NCBI GenBank assembly: GCA_016713125.1
Contig: JADJPT010000014.1
Location: forward strand, 5,083-69,082
Length of the DNA stretch: 64,000 nucleotides
From: Betaproteobacteria bacterium
GTDB lineage: Bacteria > Pseudomonadota > Gammaproteobacteria > Burkholderiales > SG8-39
Reading direction: 5' to 3'
Every line of letters begins with the position of its first letter. Position 1 is the stretch's first letter. Below are positions 28,331-35,015 of the stretch, in pieces. The notes under the pieces are model-generated. The model was not told the origin of the DNA. It searched no databases and saw only the letters and a list, made by a program, of their open reading frames with translations. The translations under genes were made by a program, and so were the position numbers.

Positions 28331-29743
28331 ATGGCGGAAACCATCCAGGTTCCGGCGTGGCTGTTCATCGTCGTGGCGGGTCTGGCGATCTGGGCGATCC
28401 TCGAGCATCTGATCCTGCCCGGACTGCGCTTCGTTGCCTCGTCCAGCGCCGAGAAGCTGGTCGAGGACGTTTCCGCCCGCCTGCACATCGCCATCCGCCC
28501 CTGGCAGCGCACGCGCCGGCGCGTGCTGATCGAACGCCTGCTGTACGACCACAAGCTGCAGGACGTGATCGCGGCGCACGCCAAGGCGAACAAGCTGCCG
28601 CGCGAGGTTTCCTCGGCCATCGTCGAGCGCTATGTGCGCGAGATCGTGCCGGCCTTCAATGCCTACCTGTACTTTCGAATCGGTTACTGGCTGAGCCGTC
28701 GCGTTGCGCAGACCCTGTATCGCGTTCGACTGGGCTACGTCGATGCGCAGGGTCTGGCGGCCATCGATCCGAATGCCACCGTGGTGTTCGTCATGAACCA
28801 TCGCTCCAACATGGACTACGTGCTGGCCGGATACCTGGCCGCTGACCAGGCCGCACTCTCCTACGCGGTCGGCGAATGGGCGCGCATCTGGCCGCTTTCG
28901 CACCTGATCCGCTCCATGGGCGCGTACTTCGTGCGACGCAACTCCAAGGACGAGCTGTATCGCAAGGTGCTCGAGCGCTACATCACCATGGCCACCGTGG
29001 CCGGCGTTCCGCAGGCGGTGTTCCCGGAAGGCGGACTGACGCGCGACGGCCGCATGCGCGAGCCACGCCTGGGCGTGCTCGACTACATGCTGCGCGGATT
29101 TCGCGCCGACGGCGAGCGCGACGTGGTGTTCATCCCGCTGGGCATCAACTACGATCGCGTGCTCGAGGATCGCACCCTGCTGCGCTCCGTCGACCCGCAG
29201 GCCGGGCGCGTGGGCCGTGCACGCGCGCTCGGCAATACCATCGCCTTCGTGGGCCGCAACCTGCGACTGATGCTGAAGAGCCGCTGGTACCGCTTCGGCT
29301 ACGCGTGCGTGAACTTCGGATCGCCGGTTTCCATGCGAGCCTACTGCCGCGAGCGCGGCTTCGACTTTCCGCGCCTGACGAACGAAGAGCGCCGCGCGCG
29401 CATGGCCGAGTTCGGCGCGCACCTGATGAACGCAGTGGGCGGCGTGGTGCCCGTCCTGCCGGTGCCGTTGATGGCTGCGGTGTTCGTGCGCAATCCCGGG
29501 CGCGCCCTGGCCGGCCTGGAGATCAAGGCCCAGGTCGAGCGTCTGCTGGCAAGGCTGGACGCCGGTGGCGCACACGTCTACGTGCCGCGCCGCGACCTCG
29601 ACTATGCGCTGGATGCCGGACTGCGCATGCTCACGCTGCGTCACCTGGTCGATGAGAATGACGGCCTGTACACGGCGCGCGCCGCCGAGACCGCGTTGCT
29701 TGCCTATTACGCAAATTCGATCGAACACCTGCTGCGGGACTGA
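28331..29743 (+). CDS. PlsB-like glycerol-3-phosphate / lysophospholipid acyltransferase
   Basis: ORF 28331..29743(+), 470 aa. It has an N-terminal TM segment and the acyltransferase HX4D motif NHRSNMD, followed by FPEGGLTRDG. Confidence 0.75.
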   Translation: MAETIQVPAWLFIVVAGLAIWAILEHLILPGLRFVASSSAEKLVEDVSARLHIAIRPWQRTRRRVLIERLLYDHKLQDVIAAHAKANKLPREVSSAIVERYVREIVPAFNAYLYFRIGYWLSRRVAQTLYRVRLGYVDAQGLAAIDPNATVVFVMNHRSNMDYVLAGYLAADQAALSYAVGEWARIWPLSHLIRSMGAYFVRRNSKDELYRKVLERYITMATVAGVPQAVFPEGGLTRDGRMREPRLGVLDYMLRGFRADGERDVVFIPLGINYDRVLEDRTLLRSVDPQAGRVGRARALGNTIAFVGRNLRLMLKSRWYRFGYACVNFGSPVSMRAYCRERGFDFPRLTNEERRARMAEFGAHLMNAVGGVVPVLPVPLMAAVFVRNPGRALAGLEIKAQVERLLARLDAGGAHVYVPRRDLDYALDAGLRMLTLRHLVDENDGLYTARAAETALLAYYANSIEHLLRD

Positions 29744-29809
29744 GCGACCCGGGCAACCGAGCGTCGTGGTGCATTGCTAGAATCCCGGCTTACCGCAATC
29801 TCCAGACCC

Positions 29810-31102
29810 ATGCCTCCAGTGCATCCCCCTTCCCCGCCCGATCCGGCCGGTCGCAATATCGCCCCCCGAGTCGCTGCGGACGCCGGCGATCCGCCATTGG
29901 TGCGCGCCTTCGCCCGTCAGGTGGCGGTCATCACCCTGCCGGCGTGGCTGATGCTCGCCACCATTGCCGCGCTGGTCGCCGGGGCGATCACCTGGAGCTT
30001 CGCCGGCACCCTGCCGACGAAGATCGCCGGCAACTGCATACTGATGGACACCGGCGGCGTGGCGGAAATCGCCTCGCCGGGTACCGGTCGCCTGAACGAC
30101 ATCCTGGTGCAGCCCGGCGACCTGGTGCGTGCCGGACAGACGATCGGCAGCGTCGCTCAACCCGATCTTGATGAGCGCATCCGGCGCGCCCGCGCGCGCC
30201 TCGGCGAACTCGAGGCACGCGCGGGCGAGATCGCCACCCTGTCCAAGCGCGGGCTGGCGCTCAACGACGACGTGCTCGCGCAGCGCCGCGACTTCCTGAC
30301 CCGCCAGTTCGAACTCGCCCGCGCCCGCGTGCGCATCGCCGAAGAGCACGACGCCACGCAGAAGCAATTGCTGACACAGGGTCTGGTGACGCACCGCAGT
30401 GTCGAAGACGCCGGGCGCGAGGTGCGCGCCGCGATCCTCGCGGCCTCCGATCTGGAGCGGCAGATCGCCGAATTGCCGCGCGGACGCACCGACGTCCTCA
30501 AGCGGGAGGCGGACGAGCGTGCCGGGGTGCAACTGGAGTTCACCGAAGCGCGCCGCGAACTCGCCTTCCTTGAGGGGGAGCGTGAGCGAGGGACCTCCAT
30601 CATCAGCCCCTACGAAGGCAAGGTCATCGAGGTGAAGGCCGGCCGCGGCATGCTGGTGCAAAAGGATGCGCCGGTGCTGGCTTTGGAACGCTCGGCTGGC
30701 GCCGCCGCTTCCAGACTGGAGGCGGTGATGTACGTCGCCTCCAGCGAGGGGAAGAAGATACTGCCGGGCGCCGAGGTGCATCTGTCGCCCGCCACCGTGA
30801 GGCGCGAGGAACACGGCCACGTGATCGGCCGCGTACGCTTCGTTTCGGACTACCCATCGACCCCGCAGTCTCTGCTCGCCACCCTGGGCAACGAGGAACT
30901 GGCCCGCGACCTGGCCGGCGTCGCTGCACCGTTCGAACTGCGTATAGAGATGCCGACCGATGCGAGCGGCGGCCACCGCTGGTCGCGCGGCGGAAACCCT
31001 CCCGCGCTGCGCGCGGGCACGCTGTGCGCCGGCCAGGTCATGATCAGGCGCGAGCGGCCGATCGGCTTCGTGATCCCCGCCCTGCGGCACGAATCGCGCT
31101 GA
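29810..31102 (+). CDS. HlyD-family membrane fusion protein, NHLP/NHLM-bacteriocin-system type (paralog 1)
   Basis: ORF 29774..31102(+) has a TTG at 29774 and its first ATG at 29810. It has one TM segment, long coiled-coil segments and the C-terminal block ISPYEGKVIEVKAGRG...EVHLSPATVRREEHGHVIGRV...LRAGTLCAGQVMIRRERPIGFVIPALR. That block is clearly paralogous to the 37244..38521 product. Confidence 0.8.
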   Translation: MPPVHPPSPPDPAGRNIAPRVAADAGDPPLVRAFARQVAVITLPAWLMLATIAALVAGAITWSFAGTLPTKIAGNCILMDTGGVAEIASPGTGRLNDILVQPGDLVRAGQTIGSVAQPDLDERIRRARARLGELEARAGEIATLSKRGLALNDDVLAQRRDFLTRQFELARARVRIAEEHDATQKQLLTQGLVTHRSVEDAGREVRAAILAASDLERQIAELPRGRTDVLKREADERAGVQLEFTEARRELAFLEGERERGTSIISPYEGKVIEVKAGRGMLVQKDAPVLALERSAGAAASRLEAVMYVASSEGKKILPGAEVHLSPATVRREEHGHVIGRVRFVSDYPSTPQSLLATLGNEELARDLAGVAAPFELRIEMPTDASGGHRWSRGGNPPALRAGTLCAGQVMIRRERPIGFVIPALRHESR

Positions 31103-31120
31103 GCCGCTCCTGAAACAAGA

Positions 31121-31150
31121 AAGCCGGGCGATCTTTCGATCGTCCGGCTT
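31121..31150 (-). terminator. stem-loop, likely intrinsic terminator of the cargo gene
   Basis: The sequence aagccgggcgatc-tttc-gatcgtccggctt forms a 13-bp stem with 1 mismatch. On the minus strand it is followed by the T-rich tract tcttgtttc. It lies between the convergent hlyD paralog 1 and the cargo gene. Confidence 0.5.
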
Positions 31151-31159
31151 TCGAACTGC

Positions 31160-31179
31160 ATCCCGTCCGCAGACGGGAT
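31160..31179. other. perfect 8-bp stem / 4-nt loop hairpin just 3' of the cargo-gene stop
   Basis: atcccgtc-cgca-gacgggat. It starts 8 nt beyond the TGA at 31187-31189 (minus strand). There is no T-run on either side. Confidence 0.35.
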
Positions 31180-31186
31180 CTTCAGA

Positions 31187-31940
31187 TCAGGGTCGGCCGC
31201 CCTTCGGCCCGGACTTCAGCTTGTCCTTCAGCTTGTCCTTAAGGCCGCCCTGCTTGCCGCCTTTGTCCTTGCCGCCCTTCTTATCCTTGCCGCCCTTGTC
31301 CTTGCCACCCTTCTTGTCCTTACCGCCCTTGTCCTTGCCACCCTTCTTGTCCTTGCCGCCCTTGTCCTTGCCGCCCTTCTTGTCCTTGCCGCCCTTGTCC
31401 TTGCCGCCCTTCTTGTCCTTCCCGCCCTTCTTGTCTTTCCCGCCCTTCTTGTCCTTATGCTTGTCCTTGTACTTCTTCAGCTTCTCCTTCTGCTTCTTCT
31501 TGTCCTTGTTGTCCTTCTGCTTCTTCTTGTCCTTATCCTTCTGCTTCTTCTTGTCCTTGCCGTCCTTATGTTTCTTCTTGTCCTTTTCCTTCTGCTGCTT
31601 GAGCTTGTCCTTCAGCTTCTTGTCCTTATCTTTATGCTTCTGCTTATCCTTATGCTTCTTGTCCTTCTCTTTCTGCTTCTTGTCCTTGTCCTTCTGCTGC
31701 TTGAGCTTATCCTTCAGCTTCTTGTCCTTCTCCTTCTGCTTGTCCTTGGACTTTGTCCTTCGACTTGTCCTTGGACTTGTCCTTCGACTTGTCCTTGGAG
31801 GCGCCGTCCTTGTCGCCCCCCATCATGAAGATCTTCGGCTTGTCGCCGGCTGCACCGCCGGAAACCTGCTCGAGTTCGGCATCGTCCAGCTCGCCCGACT
31901 GCCGCCCCTGATTGCTCCTGCTGCCCGGATCTTTGGCCAT
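31187..31940 (-). CDS. double-glycine-leader exported protein with a Lys/Asp/Gly-rich repeat core (putative cargo of the adjacent C39-ABC exporter); reading frame interrupted by one extra base at about 31752-31754
   Basis: Met43 of ORF 31707..32066(-) gives MAKDPGSRSNQGRQSGELDDAELEQVSGG|AAGDKPKIFMMGGDKDGASKDKSKDKSKDKSKDK. That frame then stops at 31707. The +1 frame stays open, with no stop and no Met, down to TGA 31187-31189 and encodes SKDKQKEKDKKLKDKLKQQ...(KDKKGG/KDKGG)x12...KQGGLKDKLKDKLKSGPKGGRP. The total of 754 nt equals 251 codons plus 1 nt. A GGGGGA motif lies 8 nt upstream of the ATG. The codon choice is host-like (AAG, GAC, GGC). Confidence 0.6.
31256..31456 (-). repeat. in-frame tandem repeat: 12 units of 18 nt (KDKKGG) or 15 nt (KDKGG); the last 165 nt form 5 copies of a 33-nt period
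   Basis: Read directly as aaggacaagaagggcggc / aaggacaagggcggc units. Unit lengths are all multiples of 3. The differences between units that I can see are third-position synonymous changes (AAA/AAG, GAT/GAC, GGC/GGT/GGG). Confidence 0.9.
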
Positions 31941-32066
31941 TTTTGTATCCCCCGAAAGTGAACGCACCGGCCCCGAGCCGGCAACTTGTAAATCATAGAA
32001 CGAAACTGCCGTCCGCAACGTGACAAAACGCACAACCTCCCTGATGCAAGGAGGGACTGCCAGCAC

Positions 32067-35015
32067 TCATTCGTCCAGGCTCTGGCGTTGCGCCAGATCG
32101 GCGAACAGACCCTTTTCCCTGATCAGTTCCGCATAAGTTCCGCACTGCACTACGCGACCTTCCTCCAGAACCACGATCTGGTCGGCCTGGGCGATGGTGC
32201 TCAGGCGATGGGCAATGACGATGCGCGTGGCCTTCATGCGCAGCAGGCTATCCGACACCAGTGCCTGGCTCCTGTTATCCAGCGCGCTGGTCGCCTCGTC
32301 GAGGAACAGCACCCTCGGCCGACCGACCAGTGCACGCGCGATCAGGATGCGCTGGCGCTGCCCGCCGGACAGGGTGCTGGTGCCTTCGCCGATCGCCGTA
32401 TGCATGCCCATGGGCATAGCCTGTATGTCTTCTTCAAGGCCCGCCAGGCGCGCCGCCTCCCAGGCGTCGTCTATGGTCCCGCCCGACACGCCGACGATGT
32501 TCGAGAAGATGTCGCCGGCCATCAGCGGACTGCCCTGCAGCACCACGCCGAACTGCCGGCGCAGGGCCCGCTGGTCAATATCCTGCAGATTCTTGTCGTC
32601 GTACAGGATGGCGCCGCTGCCCGGCGCGTCGAACCCCAGCAGCAGACGCAACAAGGTCGACTTGCCGGAACCGGAGGGTCCGACGATGGCCGTAAAGCTG
32701 CCGGCCGGAACGGAAAAGCTCACATCGTCCAGCACCTCGTCCCCGTCCGGGTAGGTGAAGCCGACCTGGCTGACCTCGATCGCCCCGGCAATGCGCCCAG
32801 GCGCAGTCTTGCCTTCCGCGGTCTCCGGCAGGGCCTGCAGCAAAGGCGCCGCCATCTTGAACAGCGGAGTGACGATCAGCAGTCCGACCGCCGTTTCGCA
32901 GATGCCCATTACTCCGATCAACAATGCCGTGAATGCGGCGAAGAAGCCGACGAACTCGCCTGCGCTCATGCCGCTGCCGCCCGGTCGCGCCAGCAGCGCC
33001 GCCATGGTCACGAACACGACCAGCATGGCCAACTGGTGATAACCGGCGAAGAACACCTGCTGCTGAGCCTGCAACTTGAGGATCAGGAAGCGCACCGCGC
33101 GAAAGCGGGCGAACTCCTCCGCCCACAGCCCGAAGGCGCGTGCCTCCGAGGCCGTGGTGCGCAGCTTTGCCACCCCCTGCACCAGCTGGAATACCAGCGC
33201 CATCACGCGTCGCTGCGAGGGGATCAGCGCATCCAGGCGCTTCAGCGTCACTTTGAAGGCCACATACAGCGCCACGGCCGCACCGACCACCAGCGCGAGC
33301 ACCAACAGCGCCAGCGGCGCGCTGAAACGGAACAGCACGACCAGATTCAACAGGGCGAAGCTGCCGCCCAACAGCCCGGTCAGGGTGCCCACGGATAGCA
33401 TGCGGTTGACCACGTTAACGGCGTTGACGCGCATCGCCAGATCGCCGACCGCATAATCGCGGAAGAAATCGATGGGCAGGGCGAGCACCCGATCCCAGAC
33501 CGCAGCCTGAATGCTCTGCTCCATGCCGTCCTGCACGCGCAGCAGGAACAGGCCGCGCGCCAGCGAAAACAACGAATGCACCAGCGCGGCCGCCAGCAGC
33601 ACCAACCCCAGTTGCATCAGCACCGAAGTCTGCGCCGACGGAATCACCTGATCGACCAGTTCGGCCGTGACGATGGGCACCAGCAGGCCCAATAGCGCAA
33701 TCAGGGCGGCGAACGCGACGATCGGTCCGAGCTCGCGCCCCTGGCCGCGCAGACCGTGGCGCACCAGGTCAAGCACGCCTATGGGCTGGTGCGGAAAAGG
33801 CCGGTAGAACGTGTAGGCGTAGGGCTTCAAGCCGGCCGCCAGTGCCGCATCCACGCGCGATTCGGCCCCGGTCACCGGATCGTGCGCCACGTAGCGCCCG
33901 CCGCGCTCGGGCAGCAGCGCAAGAGGCCCGTCATCCTCCGCGCGAAACGCCAGCAAGGGACCGGCATCACGCTTCCACCACTCGCCGGAGAGCGTCACCG
34001 CGCGGCTGCGCACACCCGAGGCATCGGCCAGGGCGCTGACGTAGGCCGCCGGCTCGGCAGGTGCCTCGCCCAGTTCCCGGAACTCGATGCCGGCCCGCTC
34101 ACCGACGCGGCGCGCGGCCGCGTGGATGGCACCGGTTCCGGGCAATTCGCGCTCGGGCGCCGTGGCATCCGGATCCAGCAGCTTCTGCATCTGCAGCAGG
34201 CCCGCATCCAGACCACGTTCTATGCCGTGCACCCGGGCTCGCAGCCGTGCGGATCCGGCCTGCTCGTCGGCGTCCAGGGCCGCGCTGCCGGCGCGCAGCA
34301 TGAGCCGCAGCGAGACGCAATAGGCGGCGAATCCCGCCGCCAGGTTCTCGCAATCAGACAGCGCCTGCACCTCGATCTCGGCATCCTCCACGACACGGCA
34401 CCAGCCGTGGCGCGACACGAATGCCAACTCGCCCGACTCCAGAACCGCGGCCTCGCGCCCCTGGTACGCCAGCCTCCCGGCCTTCAGACGGATCGCAACC
34501 ATGCCATAGTCGCAGGCGCAGGCCGCGCCCTGCGTCGCCAGGAGCGTTTCCTCGGGTTCCAGCGCGAGTGGATCCTGCCCCGGACCGGGCACGGCCGGCG
34601 CCTCGGCCGCCCATTCCCAAAGCGCGTCGGTCAGTTCGTCGCTCACATCTTCCGCATCCTCGTCCTGGTGCGCCTCGAGCCAGTCCTTGCGCGAGCAGGC
34701 AGACCAGAGCGCACCCGGCCCGGGCACGGCCAGAAAACGCTCCACGCCTGCGGGCGGTGTCACGCCCCCGGGCAGCGGCTGTTCCGGGCCCGCGCGCAGC
34801 AGGTGATGCAGGGCGCCGGGAGCGCCGAATTCTCCCGAAGCGACCGCGAACACGTCGATGAAGCCCTCCTCGGCTTCGATCACCTGGTCGGCATCGTCCA
34901 GCGCTATCGCGTTGCGCGTCAGCCGCTGGAGCTCCTGCGGCCCGGCACCGTCGACCTGCGCAGCCTCGCGCTTGCGCGAAGGGTTGCGCGCGATCTTCCT
35001 GCGCGGGCGGATCAT
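32067..35015 (-). CDS. NHLP-type bacteriocin export ABC transporter permease/ATPase, second subunit (no peptidase; long N-terminal, probably cNMP-binding-like, extension)
   Basis: Within ORF 32067..35609(-). The start MIRPRRKIARN at 35015 overlaps the upstream stop (ATGA). It is 982 aa, with a 6-TM ABC exporter domain, Walker A GPSGSGKST, signature LSGGQRQR and Walker B LFLDEATSALD. Confidence 0.85.
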   Translation of the reverse strand: MIRPRRKIARNPSRKREAAQVDGAGPQELQRLTRNAIALDDADQVIEAEEGFIDVFAVASGEFGAPGALHHLLRAGPEQPLPGGVTPPAGVERFLAVPGPGALWSACSRKDWLEAHQDEDAEDVSDELTDALWEWAAEAPAVPGPGQDPLALEPEETLLATQGAACACDYGMVAIRLKAGRLAYQGREAAVLESGELAFVSRHGWCRVVEDAEIEVQALSDCENLAAGFAAYCVSLRLMLRAGSAALDADEQAGSARLRARVHGIERGLDAGLLQMQKLLDPDATAPERELPGTGAIHAAARRVGERAGIEFRELGEAPAEPAAYVSALADASGVRSRAVTLSGEWWKRDAGPLLAFRAEDDGPLALLPERGGRYVAHDPVTGAESRVDAALAAGLKPYAYTFYRPFPHQPIGVLDLVRHGLRGQGRELGPIVAFAALIALLGLLVPIVTAELVDQVIPSAQTSVLMQLGLVLLAAALVHSLFSLARGLFLLRVQDGMEQSIQAAVWDRVLALPIDFFRDYAVGDLAMRVNAVNVVNRMLSVGTLTGLLGGSFALLNLVVLFRFSAPLALLVLALVVGAAVALYVAFKVTLKRLDALIPSQRRVMALVFQLVQGVAKLRTTASEARAFGLWAEEFARFRAVRFLILKLQAQQQVFFAGYHQLAMLVVFVTMAALLARPGGSGMSAGEFVGFFAAFTALLIGVMGICETAVGLLIVTPLFKMAAPLLQALPETAEGKTAPGRIAGAIEVSQVGFTYPDGDEVLDDVSFSVPAGSFTAIVGPSGSGKSTLLRLLLGFDAPGSGAILYDDKNLQDIDQRALRRQFGVVLQGSPLMAGDIFSNIVGVSGGTIDDAWEAARLAGLEEDIQAMPMGMHTAIGEGTSTLSGGQRQRILIARALVGRPRVLFLDEATSALDNRSQALVSDSLLRMKATRIVIAHRLSTIAQADQIVVLEEGRVVQCGTYAELIREKGLFADLAQRQSLDE

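Noticed and set aside
31256-31456. Regularly spaced 33-nt repeats that could superficially resemble a CRISPR array.
   Set aside because: The repeats are directly abutting with no unique spacers. They are codon-phased inside an open reading frame, and no cas genes are in the window.
31221-31961. A 246-aa + strand ORF (MSFSLSLRPPCLPPLSLPPFLSLPP...) and the nested + strand poly-Leu ORF 31457..31828, both covering the repeat region.
   Set aside because: These are shadow ORFs of the minus-strand K/D/G codons: CTT, GTC and GCC are the antisense of AAG, GAC and GGC.
- The start is a TTG with no obvious RBS.
- There is no functional context on the + strand.
- The + strand ORF runs antisense through the GG-leader coding part.
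- The minus-strand reading has a canonical GG leader next to a C39 exporter, and its repeat variation is synonymous only.
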